Assembly (NCBI GenBank): GCA_964016885.1
Contig: CAXHJY010001348.1
Location: 1-64,000 of the forward strand
Source: Eledone cirrhosa
Taxonomy: Eukaryota
Direction of reading: 5' to 3'
Length of the DNA: 64,000 nucleotides
Part shown: in pieces, positions 30,166 to 43,218 of the stretch
Numbering within the stretch: the first letter of the stretch is position 1
Layout: each line of letters starts with the position of its first letter
Program-made: the position numbers and the translations under genes
Notes under the pieces: model-generated
What the model saw: only the letters and a program-made list of their open reading frames with translations
Databases searched by the model: none
What the model was told of the DNA's origin: nothing

Positions 30166-30356
30166 TTATTCCGGGTTGAATCGGAGGTAACCACAGTAAG
30201 TAAGGTACTCAATACATTGCAGAGTATAAAAGTTTTAATATAGATGAGATTCTACAGGACTAGAACTGTTTCATTCTTTAGAAATCATCAGGAATCCTGA
30301 TGATTTCTAAAGAATGAAACAGTTCTAGTCCTGTAGAATCTCATCTATATTAAAAC
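30162..30356 (-). mobile_element. Foldback element (family E), 62-bp arms with atypical hammerhead core
   Basis: Palindrome 30232-30356 centred at 30294; CTGATGA-TTTCTAAAGAAT-GAAA-CAGTTC; related pieces at ~14845-14930, 20270-20400, 21225-21300. Confidence 0.7.
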
Positions 30357-30485
30357 CTATATATATATATATATAGGAACGAGTACGTCGGGGTCCTACT
30401 CGTTCCTATTACCCACTCTACTACCCTAAGTATTGAGTACTTTGGTGCGTTATGGTCCACCTGGTTTCTTACCACATTTCCTTCG

Positions 30486-30587
<102 letters not shown>

Positions 30588-30709
30588 GTTGGCCCACCGT
30601 CGGCTCCGACCAAGAGTGCTCCAGTTGACTGAATCAACGTAACCACCTGCTCGTGATTTTTAACATGTAAGTGGCTGAGCATTCTACAGACTCGTGCATC
30701 TGTAACACA

Positions 30710-30746
<37 letters not shown>

Positions 30747-31157
30747 TAAGGCGGGTAAAATTCCCGAGATCCATGGACGAGTTCTCTCCAGCGGTCTCTG
30801 TCCCTCATTATCACTGCCATGTCCTGCGTCTCCAACAGACCAGTGTCTGTCCTTAGGGCATCAACATACGTTAACCTTGGTCTTCCTCTTCGTAGAGACC
30901 TGAAAATCCGCCTCTTCATTGCTGTAGTGGAGTCTGTGCTGCTGTATGGGTCTGAGACTTGGACACTGACCAAGAAACTCACTCAGATGGTGGATGGTTG
31001 CTACACGAGACTGCTGAGGATGGCTCTGAACATTAATCAGTATACACTGAGGATGAAAAACTCAGAGCTGTATGGGAGCCTCCCAAAAGTCAGCTCAAAA
31101 GTGACACAGAGGAGACTGAGGTTAGCTGGACATGCTCACCGACATCCAGAGTTGACA
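30747..31157 (-). mobile_element. RTEX-like LINE 3' end with inverted 5' segment
   Basis: Minus strand RRGRPRLTYVDALR..DRDRWR (30747-30895) joined to plus-strand ESVLLYGSETW..RRLRLAGH (30895-31157); colinear copy at 48810-49083. Confidence 0.85.
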
Positions 31158-31336
31158 CATATATATATATATATATATATGAAAGACGTAAAATAAGAAA
31201 ATTATAAAAATTAACTTACTTACTAAATTGTTCTGCATCTCCTTGCATTGAACCACAAAGTTACTAAGACAAAACCTATATATTTGCTAGCATAGGTATG
31301 CATCTGTATATATATGTTGTAGATATACTAATTCTT

Positions 31337-31426
<90 letters not shown>

Positions 31427-31829
31427 CCCTGTTGGAAGCTCAATAAAGAACAGAGTGTTGGGAGGGGGCACCCAGAGGGAACCAGGCCTAATTTATAAAC
31501 TGAAAACCCCAAAGACATTTTTATAAGTAGGACGATATATTAGGGAAGAAACACTGGACAGATTTTATGGGGAAAACCAACCGGTGGGAGACCCAGGGGT
31601 AGACTCCAGCCGGATCAGTTGGAGACGGTTGCTTCTGACAGGACCCGCTGGATGGAGTGTTTGGGGACTCTGCCGCCCACGACTCTCTCGTGAATAAGTG
31701 GGCAAAGAAGAAGACACGAAGGAAATACTTGCACAAAGGCCATACAAAAATGGCGAACGTATAACGACGTAGAACGGTAGGTTTAATGGCGGACAAGAAA
31801 ATAAAAGGACTTTTTTTTAAATAACATTG

Positions 31830-32322
31830 AGAAGAAGAAGAAGGCAAAGAAGAAGAAGAAGAAGAAGAAGAAGAAGAAGAAGAAGAAGAAGAAGAAGAAG
31901 AAGAAGGCAAAGAAGAAGAAGAAGGCAAAGAAGAAGGCAAAGAAGAAGAAGAAGAAGAAGAAGAAGAAGGCAAAGAAGAAGAAGAAGGCAAAGAAGAAGA
32001 AGAAGGCAAAGAAGAAGAAGGCAAAGAAGAAGAAGGCAAAGAAGGCAAAGAAGAAGAAGAAGAAGAAGAAGAAGAAGAAGAAGAAGAAGAAGAAGGCAAA
32101 GAAGAAGAAGGCAAAGAAGAAGAAGGCAAAGAAGAAGAAGGCAAAGAAGGCAAAGAAGAAGAAGAAGAAGAAGAAGAAGAAGAAGAAGAAGAAGAAGAAG
32201 AAGGCAAAGAAGAAGAAGGCAAAGAAGGCAAAGAAGAAGAAGAAGAAGAAGAAGAAGGCAAAGAAGAAGAAGAAGGCAAAGAAGAAGAAGAAGAAGAAGA
32301 AGAAGAAGAAGAAGAAGAAGAA
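31830..32322. repeat. (GAA)n microsatellite interrupted by GGCAAA
   Basis: Direct reading. Confidence 0.95.
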
Positions 32323-32790
32323 AAAAAAGAGGAAAAGGATATAAAGATATAAAGATATAAAGATATAAAGATATATATATAAGGAATTTTATTTCCTTAA
32401 AGTCGAGACGTTGAATAATAATTGAAATTACGTTGTATTCAATATAATTAAACTAACGTGTACTGTAATAGGGGTTTCTCTGGTCAACAAACACAGGTCC
32501 TTCGTCTTAGGGTGACCAAACTGAGAATTGTTGGCCTATTTGCTCTCTCTCTCTCGTTTTTTCTTTCTTCATATTCTTATTCTTCTTGTTCTTCTTGTCG
32601 AATGAAATTAAAAGTAGCTTTTAAGCGCAAATCTTTTTGATGATGTTTTTTTTTGTTGTTGTTGTTGTTTTTTTGTTTTTTTTTTGCTGCTACTACTGTT
32701 GCTTTTCATGATCAAAATAACGATGATGGTGGTGGTGGTGGTGGTGGTGATGGTGATGGTGGTGAAGTTGACTCAGTGGTTATGTCTGTG

Positions 32791-32823
<33 letters not shown>

Positions 32824-32984
32824 CACATATACACGCATACACGTATCGGGGGGAGCAATGAGATGAGAATGACGTAACAATTAACACGTGACTTCCGGAT
32901 CTCCTAATTCTAAAGTCTACCCCCCCCCCCGCATCTCAGTCAACAAAACAACAATAATAATTATTATTTCTATTATAAGCAGAA

Positions 32985-33180
32985 AGCCAGCAATTTCAAG
33001 GGGAAGGGAAAGTTGATTAAATCAACCCCAGTACATTACTGGTACTTTATTTCATCGACCCCCGTAAGGATGAAAGGCAAAGCTAACCTCGGCGGGATTT
33101 GAACTCAGACCATAAAGGGCCGTAACTCTTTGCTGCAAAGCATGGCGTCCGACCCCTCTACCGATACTGCCAATCCACCC
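32985..33180 (-). mobile_element. tRNA-derived SINE
   Basis: Reverse complement of the 15267 family. Confidence 0.85.
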
Positions 33181-34330
33181 AACCCTAACCCTTACTAGAA
33201 GATTAGTAATGATGGATAGAGATGTGTGATGGCCGTCATGTCACATATATTGACCACCTGGTGAAGGACACTGGCATGAAATATGTCCCAGGAACTGAAG
33301 AGACCAATGATAGCGATCTGAAATAAGGATTCTATGTCCTTGATCCTGATGAGAGTTCAAGTATGAATAAATAACGTATGTAGTTTATGTTAATGATGAT
33401 GATGTTGGCGAGGGAGCAAGGGCCGTTGTTCGTAGAGATAATTTGGTGGCTGGGAGTATGAGGCACCAAATTTACTCTGCTTGTTTTTTTCCTCCAGGGT
33501 TTACTTTAAGGAAATTTTAGAACTTTATGAATCTTATCGGTATGTGTCATGAAGCAGTGTTTGATATTCTCTGAGTCTAATAAGCATAGACATTTTCTTT
33601 CTGTTTTTTAACATTTTACGAGTGTTTTAAGTCTGTTCGCTATCATTTACCACGTAAAAATATATAATGTTTAGTTCAAAATGTAAGCTTACTGCACAAT
33701 TAGATTTAGAACCAAACGAACGAATGTCCACTCCATGTTTAAATAATTGCGATTCTCTTCTCAATTCAAACGAACAACAGGAAAAAATATTGCGCTTATC
33801 ATCTTCTCCCCTTACTACTTCACCCGATGGTTTTCCGCGGCAGACGACAGCACAGATCCTACAGCCGCTGTCACTGCTATTGTTGATGATGATGAGGATG
33901 ATGTTGGTCGTGGGTGGAGTCGGGTCTGCGCCAAATAAATTCAAACGACAGCAGTAAATAAATATATCACGATTTTTTTTTTTTTTTTTGTTGCTTCCGA
34001 GGGTGGTTTTTCTACGGTGACTCAAGATAGATAACCACTGCTGCTGTTGTTGCTGTTGCTGTCTTTGTTGTTGCTGTTGATGAAATTAGGGTAATGGGGA
34101 GATATTGTTTCTACGTTATTATTACGCCAAATTTACTCTTGAAGGGTGCGGAATGCGGGGTAGATGTTCTCGTCTGCTACTCAATGAAATTCAATATGTA
34201 ACCATTGTTAGTGTTACTGATACTGTTGCTGTTGATACTGATGCTGGTGTCCAGGTTGATGTACATGTTGATTTTGATCATTTGTCCAGTTGGGCAGCGT
34301 TGTTGTTGCTCTTACGCAACATTTATTATT

Positions 34331-34506
34331 TTATTTGGAGTCATCATCTTTAGTAGCATTGTCATCATCTTCCTCACCTCCACCCGATTCCGATCTGTGG
34401 AGGTACACCTCGTGGGCCAGGATACAGATGCTCAGCACTAACATGACTAAAGTCATGAAGAACAGGAATTCTGGGAAGGAGCCCATCATAATTCTGCTAG
34501 ATGAAC
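34331..34506 (-). CDS. Terminal exon A: small single-pass membrane peptide (MMGSFPEFLFFMTLVMLVLSICILAHEVYLHRSES..., 52 aa from ATG 34489)
   Basis: Acceptor TTTTCTTTCCGGTAG| at 34507, hydrophobic ~20-aa segment, acidic tail, stop at 34331; frame-preserving paralog at 36728-36888. Confidence 0.6.
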
Positions 34507-34579
34507 CTACCGGAAAGAAAATAATCCGTAATGTTTTCTTGAATATCCACATAGGGTTTATGTTTAGAAAATGTTAAGG

Positions 34580-36505
34580 ACAACACAGGAGGGCACAGGG
34601 GCTGGTACAGGAGGGGACAGGGGCTGGTACAGGAGGGGACAGGGGTTGGTACAGGGGCTGGTACAGGAGGGCATAGGGGTTGGTACAGGAGGGCATAGGG
34701 GCTGGTACAGGAGGGCACAGGGACTGGTACAGGAGGGCACAGGGGCTGGTACAGGAGGGCATAGGGGTTGGTACAGGAGGGCATAGGGGCTGGTACAGGA
34801 GGGCACAGGGACTGGTACAGGAGGGCACAGGGGCTGGTACAGGAGGGCACAGGGGCTGGTACAGGAGGGCATAGGGGCTGGTACAGGAGGGCATAGGGAC
34901 TGGTACAGGAGGGCATAGGGGCTGGTACAGGAGGGCACAGGGGCTGGTACAGGAGGGCACAGGGACTGGTACAGGAGGGCACAGGGGCTGGTACAGGAGG
35001 GCACAGGGGTTGGTACAGGAGGGCATAGGGGTTGGTACAGGAGGGCATAGGGGTTGGTACAGGAGGGCATAGGGGTTGGTACAGGAGGGCATAGGGGCTG
35101 GTACAGGAGGGCATAGGGGTTGGTACAGGAGGGCACAGGGGCTGGTACAGGAGGGCACAGGGACTGGTACAGGAGGGCACAGGGGCTGGTACAGGAGGGC
35201 ACAGGGGTTGGTACAGGAGGGCATAGGGGTTGGTACAGGAGGGCACAGGGGTTGGTACAGGAGGGCATAGGGGCTGGTACAGGAGGGCACAGGGGCTGGT
35301 ACAGGAGGGCACAAGATGGTACAGAATGGCACAGGGTGGTTCGGGATGGTACAGGGTGGCACAGGATGGTACAGAATTGTACAGGATGGTACAGGGAGGT
35401 ACAGGATGGCACAGGGTGGTACAGGTTGGAATAGGATGGCCCAAGATGGCACAGGATGGCACAGGGTGGCACAGAGTGGTACAAGGCGGTACAGGATGGT
35501 ACAGGATGGTACAGGATGGCAGAGGAGGGCACAGGGTAGAATAGGGTGGCACAGGATGGCACAGGATGGCAAAGGATGGAATAGGGTGGTACAGGGTGGC
35601 ACAGGATGGCACAGGAGGGCACAGGATGGTACAGGGTGGTACAGGATGGCACAGGGTGGCACAGGATGGTACAGGAGAGCACAGGGTGGTACATGATGGT
35701 ACAGGATTGTAAGGGTCTTACAGGGTGGTTCAGGGGGGTACAGGGTGGCACAGGGGGCACAGGATTGTACAGGATGGTACATGAGGGCAAAGGGTGGAAT
35801 AGGGAGGTACAGGATGGTTCAGGGTGGTACAGGGTGATACAAGATGGTACAGGGTGGCACGGGATGGTACAGGGTGGTACAGAATGGTACAGGGTGGTAA
35901 GGAGGGTACAGGGTGGCACAGTGTGGTTCCGGATGGTACAGGATGGCACAATGTGGTACAAGATGGTACAGGATGGTTCAGAGTAGCACATGGTGGTAGA
36001 TGATGGCCCATGGCAGCACAGGATGATACAGGGCGCTACAGGGTGGTACAGAGTGGCACAAGAGGGCACAGGGTTGTACAGGATGGTACAGGAGGGCACA
36101 GGAGGGCAAAGGGTGGAATAGGGTGGTACAGGATGGTTCAGAGTGGTACATGGTGATACAAGATGGTACAGGGTGGTACAGGGTGGTACAGGGTGGCACA
36201 GGCTGGCACAGGGTGGCACAGGCTGGTACAGGGTGGTTCAGAGTGGTACATGGTGATACAAGATGGTACAGGGTGGTACAGGGTGGTACAGGGTGGTACA
36301 GGATGGTTCAGAGTGGTACATGGTGATACAAGATGGTACAGGGTGGTACAGGGTGGTACAGGGTGGCACAGGCTGGTACAGGGTGGTACAAAATGGTACA
36401 GGGTGACACAACATGGCACAGGGTGACACAACATGGCCAAGAGTGGCACAGGGTGACGCAAAATGGCATAGGGTGGCATATGGTGCACAGGACGGCATAG
36501 GAAGG
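34580..36505. repeat. GC-rich minisatellite: 22-bp GGTACAGGAGGGCACAGGGGCT units (to ~35310) then diverged 10-bp GG(T/C)ACAGG(A/G)T units
   Basis: Direct reading. Confidence 0.95.
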
Positions 36506-36727
36506 TCCAGGATGATGCAGTGTGGGTTTGTGTGTAACAAAACAGTTATAACGAAAACAAAGAAATTTACTCTTCGAGGGTGCGGGATGCGGGGTAGATG
36601 TTCTCGTCTGCTACTCAATGAAATTCACTATGTAGCCACTGTTACTGTTGCTGTTGATACTGATGCTGGTGTTCCATGTTGATCATTTGTTTCGTTGAGC
36701 AGCGCTGTTGTTGCTCTTACGCCAAAT

Positions 36728-36888
36728 TCATTGGGCGACTTGCTGCTCGTCGGCATTATCTTTCGACGTTTCCGATCTGTGGACGTACACCTCGTGGGCC
36801 AGGATACAGAGGGTCAATATTAACATGATTATAGTTATGATGAACAGGTATTGTGGGAATTCCTCCAAGATCATTCTGCCAGCTGAAC
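36728..36888 (-). CDS. Terminal exon B: paralogous single-pass membrane peptide (MILEEFPQYLFIITIIMLILTLCILAHEVYVHRSET..., 48 aa from ATG 36874)
   Basis: Same acceptor at 36889, shared CILAHEVYxHRSE motif, stop at 36728, shared downstream sequence (36565-36670 vs 34130-34250). Confidence 0.6.
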
Positions 36889-36959
36889 CTACCGGAAAGA
36901 AAATAATCCGTAATGGTTTCTTGAATATCCACATAGGGTTTATGTTTAGAAAATGTAAG

Positions 36960-37830
36960 GGCGGTACAGGAGGGCACAGGGGTTGGTACAGGAGGGGTCA
37001 GGAGGGCACAGGGTGGCACAGGAGGGCACAGGGTGGCATAGGGTGGCACAGGATGGTACAGAACGGCACACGAGGGCACAGGATGGCACGTGGTGGCACA
37101 GGATGGCACATGGTGGCACAGGATGGTACATGATGTTACAGGATAGTACAGGGTGGCATAGGATGTTACAGAATGCTACAGGAGGGCACAAGGTGGTACA
37201 GGAGGGCACATGATGGCGTAGGAGGGTACAGGGTGACAAGAAGTGATACAGGATGCTACTGAATGTTACAGGAAGGCACAGGATGGCACAGGATGGCACA
37301 GGGTGTCACAGGATGGTACAGAATGGCACAGGGTTGCACGGAACGGTACAGGAGGGTACAGGATAGCACAGGGTAGCACAGGAGGGCACAGGAGGGCACA
37401 TGGTGGCATAGGGTTGCATAGGGTGGTATAGGATGGTACAGGGTGACACAGGATGGTACAGGATGGCACAGGAGGGCACAGGGGGGCACATGGTGGCATA
37501 GGACGACACAGGATGGTACATGATGTTACATGATAGTACAGGGTGGCACAGGATGGTACAGAATGGTACAGGAGGGCACAGGGTGATACAGGAGGGCACA
37601 GGATGGTAGAGGAGGGCACAGGAGGACAGGACAGGGTGGGACAGGATGGCACAGGGTGGTACAGGATGACACATGATGGTACAGGATGTTACAGGATAGT
37701 ACAGGGTGGCACAGGGTGGCACAGGGTGGAATAGGGTGGTACAGGATGGTACAGGTTGGCCCAGGGTGGAATAGAGTGGAACAGGATGGTACAGGATGAT
37801 AGAGGATGGTAGAGGATGGCACAGGATGGT
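36960..37830. repeat. 10-bp GG(T/C)ACAGG(A/G)T minisatellite
   Basis: Direct reading; same satellite as precedes exon A. Confidence 0.95.
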
Positions 37831-37846
37831 AGTAAAGCAATCTTCA

Positions 37847-38253
37847 TAATAATTGTTTCTACTTTAGACACAAGGCCAGCAATTATCCCAGTGCATTACT
37901 GGTACTTTATTTTATCGACCTCGTAAGGATGAAAGGCAAAGTTAACCTCGGCGTGATTTGAACTCAGATCGTAAAGGGTCGTAACTCTATGTCGCGAAGC
38001 ATGGTCCCCGACGCTCAACCGATACTACCAATCCATTGCCCTTCATCGATCTTCATAATAATTATTTCTACTTTTGGCACAAGGCCAGCAATTATCCCAG
38101 TGCATTACTGGTACTTTATTTTATCGACCCCCGTAAGGATGAAAGGCAAAGTCAACCTCGGCGGGATTTGAACTCAGATCGTAAAGGGCCGTAACTCTAT
38201 GTTGCAAAGCATGGCGTCCGACCCTCTACCGATACTGCCAATCCACCGCCCTT
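37847..38253 (-). mobile_element. Two tandem tRNA-derived SINEs
   Basis: Copies 37847-38043 and 38056-38253 of the 15267 family. Confidence 0.85.
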
Positions 38254-38609
38254 TGAACTAATAATGGACCCGGCCAATAACCGGATCTGTCCTACATGTG
38301 ACAGCAACGATCCGACATAACTCCACATGTCAGTGAAGCCCCGGTACTGAACGAATGCGTGCTAAATGCAATATTCTTGGGAAAATGCATCTGATGGCAC
38401 CACCATTCCAGGAGAATTTATCAGGAATTTGTAGCACTCCTCGTTAGCATTGCCAGGTCAGAGAAATTTGTTCATTGAAATCTCCGACATGAAAGTCCTC
38501 CGAAACAGGCTGACCAGTGCACTGTGTCCAGGCCCAAAGACTCCCCGATAAAGTTGTGGATTCTCCCTGCCACCAGTCCTCGATAAACTACCAAAGAGTT
38601 ACCTCCACC

Positions 38610-38780
38610 GATCACATGGGCGGAGGTGGTGAGAGCAGACCTCAGATCGCTGAAGCTCACCGAGGAGATGACGAAGGACCGTGACAAGTGGAGAGATGCT
38701 GTGTGTGCTGAATAATAGGACCCGTCCCACCCTTGCAGGGAAAAGCGGACGTAAAATGATGATGATGATGATGATGATCA
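38610..38780 (+). mobile_element. RTE LINE 3' end with (ATG)n tail
   Basis: TWAEVVRADLRSLKLTEEMTKDRDKWR; second copy at 43278-43495. Confidence 0.75.
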
Positions 38781-39161
38781 CATTGCCTGACTGATAGATA
38801 TTTCAGATGCTAGGCGTCCAATCTTGGTCTTCCTTCATAAGAGCTAGGACTCTGATTGAAAGTGACAGACTGTAGGATGACTAGCTCTGCGAACGGAGAA
38901 CATATGGCGGGATTTGAACTCAGAAAACGCAGAGAGCCGAAACAAATACCATTACATCTGATGCTCTAACAATTCCACCGATTCACCGTCGTAGGCACCA
39001 GCCTTCATTCGGGTTGATATATTTAAAAATACATCATAACTAAAGAACGCAGGCGTTAATAATAACGCTTTCGTCTTAAAGGTGATTTTTTTTCCCTCTC
39101 TCTCTCTCAACAAGTTGGCAACAAAATTTGCAAAAGTACATGAAAATAAAACATTTGATTT

Positions 39162-39189
<28 letters not shown>

Positions 39190-39197
<8 letters not shown>

Positions 39198-39383
39198 TTA
39201 TTAAAATAACAGATTAAAGTTTAACAGATTAAAGTTTAACAGATTAAAGTTTAAGCGATTCTTTGCTTAAACTTTAATCTGTTATTTTAATAAATATTTG
39301 CTCTACGGTTCTTATATATTTGATATATATTTATCCTTATCGAGCCCTCTTTGGATTTTAGTCTTCAAATTTTTATTATTACT
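39190..39383 (+). mobile_element. Short foldback element with a 15-bp triplication in one arm
   Basis: TTATTAAAATAACAGATTAAAGTTTAAGC..GCTTAAACTTTAATCTGTTATTTTAATAA; AACAGATTAAAGTTT x3; (TA)n flanks. Confidence 0.65.
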
Positions 39384-39545
39384 ATATATATATATATATA
39401 TATATTAAAGAGTTAAACAAGATTCAATGAGTATATCAAAGAATGAGTTTTACAGTAGATTGGAAGCACTCAACGGTTTTTATTTTCCAGTTATTAATAT
39501 TAAAATACAAATATTAATAAAATGATGTTCTTTTGATCAATTACA

Positions 39546-39596
39546 TTTTATTATACATATTTCGGATGTACAACAGTACGTCCTCATCAGACAAAA
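39546..39596 (-). ncRNA. Minimal type-I hammerhead ribozyme
   Basis: Reverse complement of 40111-40161. Confidence 0.8.
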
Positions 39597-40110
39597 TATA
39601 ATGATACATGACATACCCTGAGATGTTAAATGGTTAAGATTTAATCAAGGTAGGGATTAACCTGAGACAAAATTTAACATGTATACCCTAATAATGAGGA
39701 AATGAGAAAACGTAATAAATTCAATAGAGAATGTATGAGTAAGAAAAACGTTAGTTAATGTGAGAGCTATAGAGATTTTAAAATGTATGATACTACAAGT
39801 TAAGTTTATCTAGGAAAACATCTCATGAATTATAACAGTCAGTGACAGCCACTGAAAGATGATTTATAGAGAGGGAAAGATAAAGGGGGTAATATATGCA
39901 GAAGGAGGTTTTTTCCGAAAGTTAAACGGTTAAGTTTGAAAATATTTAATTTATGCTATTTTAGGGTGAAGAATCAAGATTTTAGGGTTTTTTTTAAATT
40001 GCTGGTTATTTATATTTATTAGTTTTGTAAATTCTATAAGTGTGTTAACATTTCTAAACTTCTGAATTTTATGAGGATAACATTTAAAGGATTTAGCATG
40101 CATCATTATA

Positions 40111-40161
40111 TTTTGTCTGATGAGGACGTACTGTTGTACATCCGAAATATGTATAATAAAA
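40111..40161 (+). ncRNA. Minimal type-I hammerhead ribozyme
   Basis: TTTTGT-CTGATGA-GGACGTAC(TGTT)GTACATCC-GAAA-TATGTA-TA-ATAAAA. Confidence 0.8.
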
Positions 40162-40202
40162 TGTAATTGATCAAAAGAACATCTATTTTATTAATATTTG
40201 TA

Positions 40203-40247
<45 letters not shown>

Positions 40248-40255
<8 letters not shown>

Positions 40256-40621
40256 ATACTTTGGGAGGGTCATGTTGCCAATTAGAAACACACGCACCAG
40301 TTGCTTTCACTCCAATTTATTATAAATTAAATTTATAAATTTAAGAATTTATAAATTTCCGGTTGGTTGGTTGGTTGGTTCCACAACCGGACGGTTCTTC
40401 ATATATTGTCAAAGTTCTTTCGTCACACATTCTGTGACCTCTTCAGTGACTGGGGATTCTTCTCTTTGTTTTGTGCCTCTCCTTTGTTCTATAATAAATT
40501 GGAGGGAAAGCAACTGGTGCGTGTGTTTCTTATTGGCAACATGACCCTCCCAAAGTATAACAATATCGGTTTCAACACACGATTTCAGATAAAGAATCTT
40601 GCTAGACAAATTCAGAAACGA
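40248..40621 (+). mobile_element. Foldback element (family F) enclosing a hammerhead-like motif
   Basis: Arms ~40248-40327 / 40490-40566; minus-strand GTCA-CTGAAGA-GGTCACA..TGTGAC-GAAA-GAAC-TT-TGAC at 40408-40450; tail also at 18110-18245, 24110-24240. Confidence 0.65.
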
Positions 40622-40723
40622 TATATATATATATAAATATATATATATATAAGTGGTATATACAGGTGGTATGGTGCATGCTTCTGATATTCTCAGACAT
40701 GGCATCTTTAATCTAATTTTGGT

Positions 40724-40774
<51 letters not shown>

Positions 40775-40847
40775 AAGGATACCAGGTGGACCATGACGCA
40801 CCAGAGTACTCGATACTTGGGGTAGCAGCTGTCGGGGTCCTGAATTT

Positions 40848-40897
<50 letters not shown>

Positions 40898-40966
40898 TAC
40901 TTTTAGTGAACCTTTCAAGCATATGAGGGACTATATATCTTATTGGGACTATGTATCTTATATATA

Positions 40967-41011
<45 letters not shown>

Positions 41012-41013
41012 AA

Positions 41014-41048
<35 letters not shown>

Positions 41049-41255
41049 AGCTTCTATAATCGCTGCCAGGATATATATTGGTAAACTGCAATATAACCTT
41101 ACACACACACACACACACACACCTATCTACGGCGGGTAAAATTCCCGAGATCAATGGACGAGTTCTCTCCAGCGGTCTCTGTCCCTCATTATCGCTGCCA
41201 TGCCCTTCGTCTCCAACAGACCAGTGTCTGTTCTTAGGGCATCAACATATGTTAA

Positions 41256-41309
<54 letters not shown>

Positions 41310-41313
<4 letters not shown>

Positions 41314-41553
41314 GTAAGAATATTTTCGAAACAGTTTGAAATTATTAAAAATGTAAGCTATCGCCGTATTTTGACTAAAGAAATTAAAGAAATTATTTAG
41401 CCTGATAGTGGGGTTAAGAACCCTCGGAGAAATGGAAAAAGATGAGTATTGACGTACATCAATACTCATCTTTTTCCATTTCTCCGAGGGTTCTTAACCC
41501 CACTATCAGGCTAAATAATTTCTTTAATTTCTTTAGTCAAAATACGGCGATAG

Positions 41554-41555
<2 letters not shown>
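41310..41555. mobile_element. Foldback element, ~95-bp inverted arms
   Basis: CTATCGCCGTATTTTGACTAAAG..CTTTAGTCAAAATACGGCGATAG centred at ~41456; related copy ~14525-14645. Confidence 0.7.
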
Positions 41556-41598
<43 letters not shown>

Positions 41599-41674
41599 AT
41601 ATATAAATATATATATATATAAATATATATAAATATATATAAATATATATATATAAATATATATATATATAAAT

Positions 41675-41706
<32 letters not shown>

Positions 41707-41758
41707 TTATATATATAAATATATATATATATATTTATATATATATATATATATATAA

Positions 41759-41863
<105 letters not shown>

Positions 41864-41925
41864 TATATATAAATAAATATACATATATATATATTTATAT
41901 ATATAAATATATATATATATATATT

Positions 41926-41961
<36 letters not shown>

Positions 41962-42004
41962 AATATATAATAAAATATATATATATATATAAATATATAA
42001 TAAA

Positions 42005-42077
<73 letters not shown>

Positions 42078-42082
42078 AATAT

Positions 42083-42143
<61 letters not shown>

Positions 42144-42158
42144 AATATATATAAATAT

Positions 42159-42193
<35 letters not shown>

Positions 42194-42520
42194 AATATAT
42201 AAATAAATATATATATGTATATATATATATATAAATATCCCACAACTCCTTGTGAAGTCGTATAGGCAACGTCATACAACGTTTCTAGGGCACTTTTAAA
42301 CCTGGCGAAACCCAACCCTCTCCAGGTCTGAACAAGCCGATTTTTTTCTATAGAGGAAGAATCGAGCCCAGTACTGGACTGGTACCTTTCCTTTAACGAC
42401 CTCGAAAGGATGAAAGGCAAAGTTGACCCCGGATGGATTTGAACTCAAAGCACGCAATGAGAAGGTACGAATACTGTAAAACATTCTATCCAACGTATAT
42501 ATATATATATATATATATAT

Positions 42521-42727
42521 ATAGGAACGAGTAGAACCCCGACGGCTGAGCTCAAGCCGTTTCGACGGCTAATTCTGGACTAAACATTTAGTCCAGAATT
42601 AGCCGTCGAAACGGCTTGAGCTCAGCCGTCGGGGTCCTACTCGTTCCTATTACCCACTCTACTACCCTAAGTATTGAGTACTTTGGTGCGTTATGGTCCA
42701 CCTAGTTCCTTACCACATTTCCTCCGT

Positions 42728-42773
<46 letters not shown>

Positions 42774-42975
42774 AACGAGTAGGACCCCGACGGCTGAGCT
42801 GAAGCCGTTTCGACGGCTAATTCTGGACTAAACATTTAGTCCAGAATTAGCCGTCGAAACGGCTTGAGCTCAGCCGTCGGGGTCCTACTCGTTCCTATTA
42901 CCCACTCTACTACCCCAAGTATTGAGTACTTTGGTGCGTTATGGTCCACCTGGTTCCTTACCACATTTCCTCCGT

Positions 42976-43015
<40 letters not shown>

Positions 43016-43218
43016 GGAACGAGTAGAACCCCAACGGCTGAGCTCAAGCCGTTTCGACGGCTAATTCTGGACTAAACATTTAGTCCAGAATTAGCCGTCG
43101 AAACGGCTTGAGCTCAGCCGTCGGGGTCCTACTCGTTCCTATTACCCACTCTACTACCCCAAGTATTGAGTACTTTGGTGCGTTATGGTCCACCTAGTTC
43201 CTTACCACATTTCCTCCG

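Larger units (their letters stand above)
39405..40210 (-). mobile_element. Penelope-like element relic (family B) with inverted arms around a ~490 bp spacer
   Basis: Arms ~39497-39610 and ~40098-40210; each has a hammerhead; (TA)n flanks. Confidence 0.8.

Noticed and set aside
31521-32360. Poly-Arg (protamine-like) and poly-Ser ORFs
   Set aside because: (GAA)n microsatellite; no ATG start or gene context
33181-33192. Telomeric (CCCTAA)2
   Set aside because: Only two units; compatible with chance
33346-33375. CTGATGA hammerhead candidate
   Set aside because: No stem II or GAAA core; lies at a degenerate LINE 3' end
33627-34025. 132-aa minus-strand ORF downstream of exon A
   Set aside because: No true ATG, includes a poly-A run, no recognisable motif; more likely 3' UTR
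34507-34552. N-terminal extension MWIFKKTLRIIFFPV of the micropeptide ORFs (also 36889-36934)
   Set aside because: Reads as a polypyrimidine tract plus AG acceptor and is far more conserved than the coding part, so treated as intron; a single-exon 68-73 aa model is not excluded
34497-37871. Cys/Pro/His-rich ORFs up to 551 aa resembling keratin-associated or metal-binding proteins
   Set aside because: Produced by 10/22-bp minisatellite units (not multiples of 3); the same peptides appear in all frames
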